A DNA stretch of 64,000 nt. Source: Polyangiaceae bacterium (lineage in GTDB: Bacteria; Myxococcota_A; Polyangia; Polyangiales; Polyangiaceae). The stretch lies in the NCBI GenBank assembly GCA_044376115.1, contig JBILLK010000004.1, positions 160,001 through 224,000 of the forward strand, in the 5' to 3' direction. Position 1 is the stretch's first letter. Every line of letters begins with the position of its first letter. Below the pieces are notes generated by a model. The model was not told the DNA's origin. It was given only the letters and a program-made list of their open reading frames with translations, and did no database searches. Below are positions 1 through 9,408 of this stretch, one piece after another. The translations under genes were made by a program, and so were the position numbers.

Positions 1-533
1 GCCACCACGAGTCCGGCAGCGTTGAACCAGGGCCCCGTACCAATGCGATCACGCGCATCCTCGCTCGAAGTGCTCAAGTAGGCGCGCCACGTTTTGTCGC
101 CAAGCGACGCTGCCTCAGCCAACCCCTGGCAAAAGTTGTCCGCGCCCACGAGGCCGCCGAAGTCTCCAGAGCCGTTCCCTTCGCTGCTTACGAAGAAAGA
201 GGTATCGCCGGATGGCGCAGCAATGCATTGACCTGCGCTGCTGCACACGTCCTCGGGCCCGCACACGCCACAGTTTCCGTCGCAACCGTCGGAGCCGCAC
301 ATTTTGGTGCCACAATCCGGGGTGCAATTTCCCCCGCCGCCTTGATTCGCAGCGCCAGCAGCGCCAGCACCACCCTCGCTACCAGCGCCAACACCGCCCG
401 CGCCACTGTTGCTGTTGCCCCCAGCGCTCGCGCCGCCGCCCCCCGTATTCGAGTTGCCACCGGCACTACTCGAGCCCGAGTCACCGCAAGCCAAGACGCC
501 CATTCCAACGACCCAAGTAAGCAGCCACTTCAT
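1..533 (-). CDS. Lipoprotein with Gly-rich linker, Cys-rich module and endostatin/lectin-like domain (runs off window start)
   Basis: Hand translation from ATG 533: MKWLLTWVVGMGVLAC (lipobox), Gly/Ser/Asn linker, CTPDCGTKMCGSDGC.., TSFFVSSEGNGSGDFGGLVGADNFCQ..TWRAYLS..ARDRIGTGPW; no stop before the window edge. Confidence 0.8.
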   Translation of the reverse strand, partial: MKWLLTWVVGMGVLACGDSGSSSAGGNSNTGGGGASAGGNSNSGAGGVGAGSEGGAGAAGAANQGGGGNCTPDCGTKMCGSDGCDGNCGVCGPEDVCSSAGQCIAAPSGDTSFFVSSEGNGSGDFGGLVGADNFCQGLAEAASLGDKTWRAYLSTSSEDARDRIGTGPWFNAAGLVV

Positions 534-639
534 AATCTTCAAGGCTACCCACGAAACGGTCGCTTTGGCCATAGGGCGAATGCGTCGCACATCGGCTCAT
601 TCGCCCTACTAGGACCAGCCGAACGCGCGTGACCGCCCG

Positions 640-2370
640 TCAAGTGAGCACCATAGGCTCGATCTTGCTCGGCGGCACCGGCCCTGCGCCCAGCAGCTCA
701 GCTTGAAAGCGAGCGTCCGCAAACCTCTCGCCGTGCGCGGCCTTGTGTGCGCTGCGCACCGCTTCGATCTCGAGCTGACCTTGCAGATACGAGAGCGCCT
801 GCAGTCCGGAGCGCGCGTAGCGGACGGCTTGTCGCTCGGCCCACGGCAGCGGCATGCCGGTGGAAGCCACGAGAAAGTCGGCCACCCGCGCTCGCGTCCA
901 ACCCTGAGCGTGAAGACCGACATCAGCGAGCGCGCGCGCCGCGTGAATGGCGCGGCAGAAGAAGTGAAACAGCTGCTCGACCGGTCGATAGAAGCCGGCT
1001 CGCTGCATCTCAGACTCGGCGTACACAGCCCAGCCCTCGATCATCAGCTGCGGGATCCAAGCGTCGCGCAACACGCCACATTCGTCGGGAACCGAAAGCA
1101 GCCGCACCGGCGCAAGGCTCTTACCAAAGCGCAGTTGCCAGGCCCGGCTTTGCAAGAAATGCCCCGGCACGGCCTCGTGCACCGAGAGCGATTGAACGTT
1201 GGCGAGCGGATGCAGCGCTGGATCGAGCAGGACCGCACAAGCTCCGGGGGCATCGCCGCCAAAGAGCGGCGCCGGCCAGTTGGTGCAGGCCGAAAACTTC
1301 CGCCATAGCTCGGGCGACGGGCGAACCTCGCACTGGCACGGATCGGGGATGGTGAAGGTACCGCGCTCGCGGCAGAAGTCCTGCGCACGGGCGATCGCCG
1401 CCTGATACAGCGGGATGATGCCGTCTGCGCTCGCGGCCGTTGGCTTTAGCAGCGCCATCACCGTGGCCGTGGCGTCACCGAAGGAGCGCACGCTGGCTGG
1501 CGCGCCCGGGATGGTGGTCGCGAGCTGCGCCGCGAGCTCGGTCATCTGCGTGCGCGCGTCCGCGAGCTCGGCTTCGGCCCCTTGTTGCAGCGGACCAATG
1601 CCGGAGAGCCCCCACCAATCGGAGAGGCGCCGCTCATACTCGCGTTCACCCAACGCTACGACGTCGCGTGCCCCGGAAGACGGAGCTACCTCCTCGCGTA
1701 AAAACGCGACGAATGTCGCGACCTCTTTCGCCGCCGCCGCGGCCGAGACCGCGACCTCGGCGTGGTGCGGCGCGTGCTCGAAGGCCGTGCTCACGATCGC
1801 GAGCAGATCGGCTTCGGCCGTCGCAAGTTGCTGCGCCACCACCTCGACCACCGCCGTTGAGAATGCACGGCCTTCGCGTACGCCGGTTCGCAAGGCTTCG
1901 CGCGCAGCGTCCACAAACGCTGGCAACGCCGAAACTCGACCCGTCACGGTGCGGCGACTCACTTCGTCGTTCACGTGCGCTGCCGCGTGCGCCAGCATCA
2001 TGATCGCGTAAGGCACCTCCTCGAGCGAAACCGCGGCGCGACCGCGATCGGCGGCCAGCACCGTCTCGCGCGCATGGGCTCGCAGCGCCCAAGCATCGAG
2101 GTGTTGCTCACGATCGAGCGGACCTTCGGCTTCCAGCGCCGCGAGCTTGCTGAGCACAGCTGCCGCCGCCCGACCTCGCTTGGTCGCTGCGGTGATCGAT
2201 GGGTCGCGCAGCCGTCCGAACGGATCGGCGAGGCCCATCGTGCTGGCCTCCTCGGGCTCCGCTTCGACCCAGCTGTCGAAGAAGCGTTGCTTGAGGGCTG
2301 CAAATTCTGCGTCGCGCGCTGCGAGTCGGCTCACGAGGCGTAGGCTAGCCGTCGAACCGAGCAGGCCCAA
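640..2370 (-). CDS. DUF885 family protein (metallopeptidase-like)
   Basis: HEAVPGHFLQ and EGWAVYAE motifs, QALSY..G near the C-terminus; start uncertain. Confidence 0.85.
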   Translation of the reverse strand: MGLLGSTASLRLVSRLAARDAEFAALKQRFFDSWVEAEPEEASTMGLADPFGRLRDPSITAATKRGRAAAAVLSKLAALEAEGPLDREQHLDAWALRAHARETVLAADRGRAAVSLEEVPYAIMMLAHAAAHVNDEVSRRTVTGRVSALPAFVDAAREALRTGVREGRAFSTAVVEVVAQQLATAEADLLAIVSTAFEHAPHHAEVAVSAAAAAKEVATFVAFLREEVAPSSGARDVVALGEREYERRLSDWWGLSGIGPLQQGAEAELADARTQMTELAAQLATTIPGAPASVRSFGDATATVMALLKPTAASADGIIPLYQAAIARAQDFCRERGTFTIPDPCQCEVRPSPELWRKFSACTNWPAPLFGGDAPGACAVLLDPALHPLANVQSLSVHEAVPGHFLQSRAWQLRFGKSLAPVRLLSVPDECGVLRDAWIPQLMIEGWAVYAESEMQRAGFYRPVEQLFHFFCRAIHAARALADVGLHAQGWTRARVADFLVASTGMPLPWAERQAVRYARSGLQALSYLQGQLEIEAVRSAHKAAHGERFADARFQAELLGAGPVPPSKIEPMVLT

Positions 2371-2399
2371 CCGCGCTCACGTCATGCTAGAAACCGCTC

Positions 2400-3329
2400 G
2401 TGATTTCACCGCGGTCCATCGACGGTCATAGCGCCCTCCCCTCGTCCCCGGAGGGCGCGTCGGTCACCGAGGCCGAACTTCCGCTGCGCTTCGAGGACAT
2501 CACGCAAGACGCTCGCTTGCAGCTCGTGGCGTTGTTGCCGGGGCTCGGAGCCACCGGCTGGCGCGCGTTGATGAAAGAGCCGTACACCAAGACGATGCTT
2601 CGCAGCGGTATCGTGCCGCTCCTCACCCGCATTGTGATGGAGGCCGAAGACGGGCCATTCAGCGTGAACGGCTCGCTAGGCTATCGCGGCAGTTACGGCT
2701 TCTCCCATGTGCTCGCCGCGAACGGTGAGGTCGATCGGTTGCAGCTCGCGATGTGGCTCGAGGCCGAGCTGCCCATCGGCCGAACCTACGGCGCCGCTCC
2801 GCCCAACGCTGGCGAACGAACGCGCGCCGGCCGCGTCTACGCCGAACACACGCTCACCCGGCCGTTTGGTCCGAAGGAGGAGCGCCGCGTGCGGCGGTTG
2901 GAGGTCGAAGGGCTCGAGGCTGTGCCCGGCCAGGCGCTTCAGCCGATGGCCGTCGCCGACAACGCGCGCCTGCCACTGGGAGCAACGTTGCTCGATCCGG
3001 CGCCGCTGTTCGATAGCGCGACCACGGTCTTTGGCGTGGGCCACACCGACTCCAACCAACACGTCAATTCGCTGGTCTATGTGCGCCTGTTCGAAGAGGC
3101 CGCGCTGCGACGCTTTTCGCACCACGGCCAGCCCAGCGCACGGCTCTTGCGGCAGCTGCAGATCGGCTACCGCAAGCCGTGTTTCGCTGGGGAGAGCGTG
3201 CGCTTCGCGCTGCAGGCCTTCGAGCAGGGCGGCCGGCTCGGTGCCTGTGCGGCGCTGCTCCCGGCAACGGCTACCGCGCCCGAAGACGTCAGCCGTGCCC
3301 ACGCTTTCGTCTCCGGCTGGTTCGACTGA
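2400..3329 (+). CDS. Acyl-ACP/acyl-CoA thioesterase-like double hotdog protein
   Basis: HTDSNQHVN motif, LRFEDI N-terminal hotdog motif, YRKPCFAGE. Confidence 0.7.
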   Translation: MISPRSIDGHSALPSSPEGASVTEAELPLRFEDITQDARLQLVALLPGLGATGWRALMKEPYTKTMLRSGIVPLLTRIVMEAEDGPFSVNGSLGYRGSYGFSHVLAANGEVDRLQLAMWLEAELPIGRTYGAAPPNAGERTRAGRVYAEHTLTRPFGPKEERRVRRLEVEGLEAVPGQALQPMAVADNARLPLGATLLDPAPLFDSATTVFGVGHTDSNQHVNSLVYVRLFEEAALRRFSHHGQPSARLLRQLQIGYRKPCFAGESVRFALQAFEQGGRLGACAALLPATATAPEDVSRAHAFVSGWFD

Positions 3330-3376
3330 CCGCACCAATTTTTCCCGTTCAACCTTCGCGTAGTACGGTCCCGCCG

Positions 3377-5002
3377 ATGAGGCGGCGGATGCAAACGGCG
3401 TGCTTCGCGGCGCTACTCGCGGTGAGCTGCGTTGGCGCGGGCAGCGAGCCCGAGGCTCGGAAAAAGCCGGCTATCGCCCAGGTTACCGACGAAAAAGTTG
3501 CCCCGGTTCCGCTGCGTCGGCTCACGCGCGAGGAGTACAACAACAGCGTGCGCGATCTTTTGGGCGACAACTCGCGCCCGGCGCTCGCCTTCCCGCCCGA
3601 TGAGACCGTGGCCGGCTTCGAGAGCAACAACATCGCGCCGGTGACCGAACTGCTCGTGCAACGCTACATGGACGCCGCCGAAGAGCTGGCAGCGCGCGCG
3701 ATGAGTCGCATCGATACGCTCGCGCCATGCAACAAGGACGCACAGCCGGAGGCCCGCGCGAGCGACTTCATCGAGCGCTTTGGTCGACTCGTATATCGAC
3801 GTCCGCTCGAAGCGAAAGAACAGCAGGCGCTGCTCAGCGTCTATCGCGATAAGGCAGCGCAGGCGGGCTATACCGCGGGCATTCAACTGACGCTGGAGGT
3901 GATGCTGCAGTCCCCGCAGTTCCTGTATCGGCTCGAGCCGCAGGACGGAGCAGGCGCAAGCGCGCGCGCTTTGACCGGCTACGAGCTAGCGACGCGGCTT
4001 TCTTACTTCGTGTGGGCCTCCACGCCGGATCGCCAGCTGCTCGATGAGGCTGCGGCGGGCCGTCTCTCCGAGCCTGCGGACGTGGAGCGTGCGATGCGCA
4101 GGCTGCTGGCCGATGCGCGGGCCAAAGACGGCGTACGCAGCTTTCATCGCCAATGGTTGGGCCTGCGCGAGCTGGAGACCGAATCGAAGGACAACCAACT
4201 TTCGCCCTCCTTCACGCCCGAACTCAAAGCCGCAATGATCGAGGAGACGCTGCGTTTTGCGGCGCACACCGTGTTCGAAGACGGTGACACGGTGAGCAAG
4301 TTGTTCCGCTCGAAGCAGAGCTTCATCAACGCGCCGTTGGCCGCGCTTTACGGTGTGGAGGCGCCTCGCGAGGGCTTCGCCTTGGTGGAGCTGCCGGCCG
4401 ATCAGCGCTCCGGCGTGCTCACCCACGCGAGTGTGCTCTCGGTCCACGCCAACGCCAACCAGACCTCGCCGATCTTGCGCGGCAAGTTCGTGCGCGAAAA
4501 GTTCCTGTGCCAGGAGATCCCTCCGCCTCCTGCCAACGTCAACATCACCCCGCCCAAGGTCGATCCCAAGCTCACCACCAAGCAGCGCTTCGAACAACAT
4601 CGCACCGACCGCAGCTGCTCGGGCTGTCATCAGATGATGGACCCGATCGGCTTCGGCTTCGAACACTACGACGCGATCGGCGCCTACCGCACGGTGGACG
4701 GCGCCTTCCCGGTGGACGCGGTGGGCGAGCTGACCGTGACCAAAGACGCGAACGGCGCCTTCAACGGCGCAGTCGAATTGGGCGCAAAACTGGCTGCGAG
4801 CGAGCAGGTCCGACGCTGCGTGGCAACGCAGTGGTTCCGCTTCGCGCTCGGTCGCGGCGAGGTAGACGACGACGCCGATTCGCTCTCTGCGGCCTACGAG
4901 ACCTTCGCGCGCAAAGGCTTCGATGTGCGCGAGTTGATGGTGGCCATCGCCAAGAGCCACGCCTTCCGTCATGCCCGTTTTGAAGAAGGACCGTCGCCTT
5001 GA
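3377..5002 (+). CDS. DUF1592/DUF1588/DUF1595/DUF1587/DUF1585 (PSD/PSCyt) lipoprotein
   Basis: LRRLTREEYNNSVRDL, LQSPQFLY, ELATRLSYFVW, SPILRG, CSGCH, DPIGFGFEHYDAIG; likely start MRRRMQ followed by a signal peptide. Confidence 0.9.
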   Translation: MRRRMQTACFAALLAVSCVGAGSEPEARKKPAIAQVTDEKVAPVPLRRLTREEYNNSVRDLLGDNSRPALAFPPDETVAGFESNNIAPVTELLVQRYMDAAEELAARAMSRIDTLAPCNKDAQPEARASDFIERFGRLVYRRPLEAKEQQALLSVYRDKAAQAGYTAGIQLTLEVMLQSPQFLYRLEPQDGAGASARALTGYELATRLSYFVWASTPDRQLLDEAAAGRLSEPADVERAMRRLLADARAKDGVRSFHRQWLGLRELETESKDNQLSPSFTPELKAAMIEETLRFAAHTVFEDGDTVSKLFRSKQSFINAPLAALYGVEAPREGFALVELPADQRSGVLTHASVLSVHANANQTSPILRGKFVREKFLCQEIPPPPANVNITPPKVDPKLTTKQRFEQHRTDRSCSGCHQMMDPIGFGFEHYDAIGAYRTVDGAFPVDAVGELTVTKDANGAFNGAVELGAKLAASEQVRRCVATQWFRFALGRGEVDDDADSLSAAYETFARKGFDVRELMVAIAKSHAFRHARFEEGPSP

Positions 5003-6384
5003 AGAGTGCGCTGCTTGGCCGTCGACATTTCCTGAGCGGCCTCGGTCTCGGAGCGGCGATGCTCCCGTTCGTACCGCTGCTCGATGTCCACGCTGGCTCC
5101 GAGCCGCCGCCGCGTAGACTCGTTTTCTTCTTCAGCTCGAACGGCACCATCTACGAGAGTTGGTTGCCCACGATGGAGCGAGGCAAACTCACGCTCAGCC
5201 CGATCCTCGCGCCGCTCGAGCGCCACAAGTCCAAGCTCTTGGTGGTGGACGGTCTGGCTCACACCGTGATCAATGAGAAGGGCGAGCGCAGTGGCCATTC
5301 GGCTGGGATGAACACAGCGCTCACCGGCCGGCGCGCCAAATCGATCGACCCGCAATACCCGCTGCGCAGTATGGCCACCGGCATCTCGCTCGATCAGCAC
5401 CTGGCGCCGATCATGGGCGCCGAGGCGAAGTTCCGCTCGATAGAGCTCGGCATTCAGGTCCAGCCTTTTTCCACCGACAACTCGTCGCTCTCGTACTTGG
5501 GCCCGCTGCGACCGATCATCGCCGAGAACAACCCGTACGTCGCTTTTGACCGCGTGTTCCGCGGCTTCAACGAAGCGAGCACCGCCGTCGATCCGCAAGA
5601 CGAAATACGCCTCAATGATCGCAAAGCGGTGCTGAGCGCCGTCTCCCAAAACCTCGACGCTCTTCGTCCCACCCTGCCCCAGTCCGACCGCATCAAGCTC
5701 GAGGCGCATCTCGCGGCGGTGGCGTCGATCGAACACAGCCTCAACACTGGCGTCGGCGAGGCCGTCGCCAACGTGTGCGGCAAACCCGAGCTCGGTAAGC
5801 GCATCGACGTCTGGAACAACAACAACATCCCGGCGCTCGCCAAGCTGCAGATGGACCTGATGGTGATGTCGCTAGCTTGCGATCTCACCCGCGTGGGCAC
5901 CGTGCAATTCGGCCGCGCGGGCGCAGCCCATCGCTTCAACTGGCTGGGGCCTGAGTTCGCCTCCGACCCGATGCTTGCCGTCACCGACGAGGCCAAGGGC
6001 TTTCATGCGCTCGCCCACAAAGAGAGCGACCCGGTCTCCAAGGCGAAGTTGGTCAAGATCCACACCTGGTATGCGAGCCAGCTCGCCTACTTCCTCGACA
6101 AGCTCGAAGCCATCCCCGAACGCGGTGGCACCATGCTCGACAACACCGTGGTGGTCTGGTTCAACGAGCTCGGCTCCGGCGGTACGCACACCCACGAAAA
6201 CACCCCGTGGGTGATCGCCGGCAACACGCGTGGGCTGTTCAAGACCGGCCAGTTGGTCTCCTTCCCCAACGAACCGCACAACCGCTTGCTGATGACGCTC
6301 AGTCACGCCATGGGCGTAGAAGAAGCGGCCTTTGGCGACCCGGACTTTTGCAAGGGCGGGCCGCTGACGGGAGTTACGACGTAG
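4999..6384 (+). CDS. DUF1552 (HXXSHH) family Tat-exported protein
   Basis: GRRHFL twin-arginine motif, ISLDQ, LACDLTRV, GTMLDNT; overlaps the upstream gene by 4 nt. Confidence 0.9.
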   Translation: MKSALLGRRHFLSGLGLGAAMLPFVPLLDVHAGSEPPPRRLVFFFSSNGTIYESWLPTMERGKLTLSPILAPLERHKSKLLVVDGLAHTVINEKGERSGHSAGMNTALTGRRAKSIDPQYPLRSMATGISLDQHLAPIMGAEAKFRSIELGIQVQPFSTDNSSLSYLGPLRPIIAENNPYVAFDRVFRGFNEASTAVDPQDEIRLNDRKAVLSAVSQNLDALRPTLPQSDRIKLEAHLAAVASIEHSLNTGVGEAVANVCGKPELGKRIDVWNNNNIPALAKLQMDLMVMSLACDLTRVGTVQFGRAGAAHRFNWLGPEFASDPMLAVTDEAKGFHALAHKESDPVSKAKLVKIHTWYASQLAYFLDKLEAIPERGGTMLDNTVVVWFNELGSGGTHTHENTPWVIAGNTRGLFKTGQLVSFPNEPHNRLLMTLSHAMGVEEAAFGDPDFCKGGPLTGVTT

Positions 6385-6394
6385 GAGTGGTGGG

Positions 6395-7813
6395 TTAGCG
6401 CGATTGGCTGGTTGCCGAGGTGAGCACGGGGAACCACGGGCTATCACCGATGATGCTCAGACCGCCTGATACAAGGTCGGCGTAGTCGTCTTGTTCCCCT
6501 AGCGCCGCGTGAAGTATCCCTTGGTTGACCGCGATCGCGGGCAGCCGGAACGCCGCGTATTCGTTGGGAATCTTCGGCAACGCAACCACCGCAGAGGTGC
6601 TGGCGGGCACAAGTACAGTCCAGGTGATCCCACTCGTGAAGGCGACCAACGCGACGCCGGCGCCGACGTTCTCGTTACCCAGCGCATAGCTCCACTTTGG
6701 CTTCAGCGGGTCAGCAAAATCGAGGGGAGGCGGAGTCGTCGGTAGGCTGAGCGAAGTCACACCGAATGGCGGCAGTGAGCTTACCTCCGCATCGTGATCC
6801 TCACGGCGGGTGATAGTGGTTCCGAGGGCGCTATTCCGTACTGAGCGCGTCCCCCGTAACTTGCTCGCCTGGGACTTGGGCACAATGAAGTCACTGTCGC
6901 TCAAGTCGCTGTTCTTGAACGTCCGAAGCCGCATTAGCGTTTCCGGGTCGAGGTCTTGAAGCTCACGCTCATCGACGACGTAACCGCCGACATCGAGCGA
7001 GATCGGCGCATCGATTGTTGCCACGTCGGCAGCGGTCAGCACGGTGACCGGGATGTCCAGGTTGACCGGCAAGGGAAACATAACCTGGGCGGTACCATCC
7101 GCTTTCGGTACGCCGTTGCTCCCGTAAACGATGGCCGATGCCACGAGGTCGGTGATCCCGTCACAACCATTCGTCGAAGACGCCGTCGAACTGACGATGG
7201 TTTGTGTCATCGACAGCGTGGTTGAAACGACCGACTCACACGAGCGATGGAACTCCACTCGATCCCCGGCGACGCAGTTTGAACAGTTGATGGCTCGCAT
7301 CGAAAGCGTCTGCGTCGCGTTCTGCTCCGGAGGTTCGCTGCGCACCAACGTGACCGCCGTCACCCCCGGCACCACCTGCGTGCTGTACACCTCGTGCAGG
7401 GCCGGATTCTCGTTGTCGAGCACCGTGACAAAGCCCCCGTGCGGCACCGTCACCGTGGCTTCGCCCACCACATCGGTCACCGTCTCCTCGATCGTTTCAC
7501 CGTCCGCGTCGCTCACCAGCACCACGCGGCCGGTCAAGACATTGACCTTGTCGCGATAGCGCACCTCAACGATCTCCTCGGTGGCCGGCGCTCCACCCTG
7601 CCCTCCGCTGCCACCACCGCCTTGCGTCCCGGCCCCAGCGCCGCCGCCTCCTGCTGCAACGCCTCCGCTGCCGCCAGCACCGCCGTTCGGCGTCGCGCCG
7701 CTGCCCCCCTCGCCTGCCGCCGCGCCCGTCCCTTGGAAGCTCTCGCCACGGCAGGCAACAAGACCAACGACCAGCGCAATACGTACAAATGCGGACGAAC
7801 CAAAGCGAGGCAT
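6395..7813 (-). CDS. Hypothetical lipoprotein with Gly-rich linker
   Basis: LVAC lipobox, poly-Gly linker, beta-rich domain. Confidence 0.7.
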   Translation of the reverse strand: MPRFGSSAFVRIALVVGLVACRGESFQGTGAAAGEGGSGATPNGGAGGSGGVAAGGGGAGAGTQGGGGSGGQGGAPATEEIVEVRYRDKVNVLTGRVVLVSDADGETIEETVTDVVGEATVTVPHGGFVTVLDNENPALHEVYSTQVVPGVTAVTLVRSEPPEQNATQTLSMRAINCSNCVAGDRVEFHRSCESVVSTTLSMTQTIVSSTASSTNGCDGITDLVASAIVYGSNGVPKADGTAQVMFPLPVNLDIPVTVLTAADVATIDAPISLDVGGYVVDERELQDLDPETLMRLRTFKNSDLSDSDFIVPKSQASKLRGTRSVRNSALGTTITRREDHDAEVSSLPPFGVTSLSLPTTPPPLDFADPLKPKWSYALGNENVGAGVALVAFTSGITWTVLVPASTSAVVALPKIPNEYAAFRLPAIAVNQGILHAALGEQDDYADLVSGGLSIIGDSPWFPVLTSATSQSR

Positions 7814-7884
7814 ATCGCGCGAAGTTACCAGTCTTCGCCCACCGCCGGAGCGCCAAACTGAGCGCATGACAGAAACACTACGCC

Positions 7885-8376
7885 TTACGGCAGCTTCACC
7901 TTCACAGCCTCGAGCGCCTTCCGCAGCGCGGCTAGGTCAGCCACCTCGAAGCCACCCATCTCCCCCGAAGGCAGGTCCACCCGTGCCGCCGTCTTGCTGC
8001 CTTCGGCCAGGCCCGCCGAGGCACAAAGACCCACCGAGCCGAGCAGCTTGTCCCCGGCGAAAAAGCGCAGGTTGGTCGGCGTCACGCACTTCGCAAGCCC
8101 ACCGTTCGGCGACTGCGCGCCACCCAGCGCGGCGATAAGCTCGCCGATCAGCTGCTTGTCGCTGGTCTTCGCCATGGCTGGTGCGCGCAGATCGAGCCCA
8201 ACGAACTCAACGCGATCCGCCGCACCGAACAGCGCTGAGAGCGGCTGCGTGAGCGCCGAACCCGAGGCCTCCACCTTGGCCGAATCCGCCGTCGCCGAAG
8301 CAGCCGCAGGCTCACTGCAAGCACCCAACCCAAGCGAAACAACCGCAACCAACCATCGCAATTTCATCAACCGCAT
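7885..8376 (-). CDS. Hypothetical lipoprotein
   Basis: LGAC lipobox, high GC3 codon pattern. Confidence 0.7.
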   Translation of the reverse strand: MRLMKLRWLVAVVSLGLGACSEPAAASATADSAKVEASGSALTQPLSALFGAADRVEFVGLDLRAPAMAKTSDKQLIGELIAALGGAQSPNGGLAKCVTPTNLRFFAGDKLLGSVGLCASAGLAEGSKTAARVDLPSGEMGGFEVADLAALRKALEAVKVKLP

Positions 8377-8504
8377 CCTTGCTTAGCGTTCGCTCGCGAC
8401 CGTGCGAGCCCCAGCTAGACGCAGCGCCTTCGCGAGCGGTCTAAACGCTGAGCGAGCAGCAGGATTCCGCCGAAGGCGGATGAAGCAGACCAATGACTCG
8501 TGCC

Positions 8505-9356
8505 CTAGCGCTTGAGCGCCTTGTGCACGGCCTCGGCCTCGAGCTTGTCTTTGATCGCGATCGAAAGCATGCCGCCGGTGATCGGCTCGAGCACGAGCGG
8601 CATCGAGCGCGCTTCACCGCCGGCTACGATCACGATCCGCCGTTGTTCGAGCGTAGTGGTCGCTGCGGTCAGCAGCCGCTTGCCCTCGTCGCTCAACGCA
8701 AGCGCCAGCCGAAAGCCACCGCCGAACTCGTCCTGATCGAGCTTCACGCTCGCGAGGTGGCTCGCGTTCAAGAGCCCCGGCCCGCCGATCAGTGTGCGGA
8801 CGGTGCCCGCTGGCCCGCGCACAAAAAGCAGCTGGTAGCCGCTCGGCAGGGCGCCTCCGAAGCGCTTCACAAGTTCGCTCTCGAGCGCCGTACGCGCCGC
8901 GCCGTCCGCGCTGAAGCGCAGAAAATGCCGCACCGGCCGCACGGCCAACGGCCCCGAAGGCACCTGCTCCTCATGCAAACTCACCCCCTCCGGCAAGCTC
9001 TTCGCATCGACAGCCTCGAGCACCATCAGCGCGTCGTCCACCGCGCGTACGCAGAACGTGGCATCGCAGGGCACGCTCGCTAGCGTTGGCAACGCAGGGC
9101 TCGCCGATTGCGCCCCACGCGGAGACTGCGCCTGCTCGATCAACTTCGCGAGCTCCTCCGCATTCGGCGCGCCGCTCCCCGGCCCGCGCGCCTCTGGCCG
9201 CGGTTGCCCGCTGGAGCCGCTGCGCGCATCGCTCCCGGCCGCGGCCGCGCTCCCCGAGCCCGCAGTCCTCCCAGCCGGCGCCGGCTCCGCCGCACTCGAA
9301 CAAGCCGAACCTGCGACCAGGAGCGAAGATAGCAAGAGCCCGCGAAACAGCGTCAT
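8505..9356 (-). CDS. Lipoprotein with stand-alone SecDF P1 head-like domain
   Basis: GSAC lipobox; C-terminal LALSDEGKRLLTAATT..RRIVIV..GE..SMPLVLEPITGG resembles the SecD P1 head. Confidence 0.7.
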   Translation of the reverse strand: MTLFRGLLLSSLLVAGSACSSAAEPAPAGRTAGSGSAAAAGSDARSGSSGQPRPEARGPGSGAPNAEELAKLIEQAQSPRGAQSASPALPTLASVPCDATFCVRAVDDALMVLEAVDAKSLPEGVSLHEEQVPSGPLAVRPVRHFLRFSADGAARTALESELVKRFGGALPSGYQLLFVRGPAGTVRTLIGGPGLLNASHLASVKLDQDEFGGGFRLALALSDEGKRLLTAATTTLEQRRIVIVAGGEARSMPLVLEPITGGMLSIAIKDKLEAEAVHKALKR

Positions 9357-9408
9357 CGCAGCGACGTAGCGAAGGCAGCCGGTGGGAGCAAGTTGTGGGG
9401 CGTTGGCC

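Noticed and set aside
8455..8490. SRP RNA-like CAGG..GAAGCAG or hammerhead-like core
   Set aside because: No GNRA-capped helix 8 geometry and no CUGANGA/GAAA core
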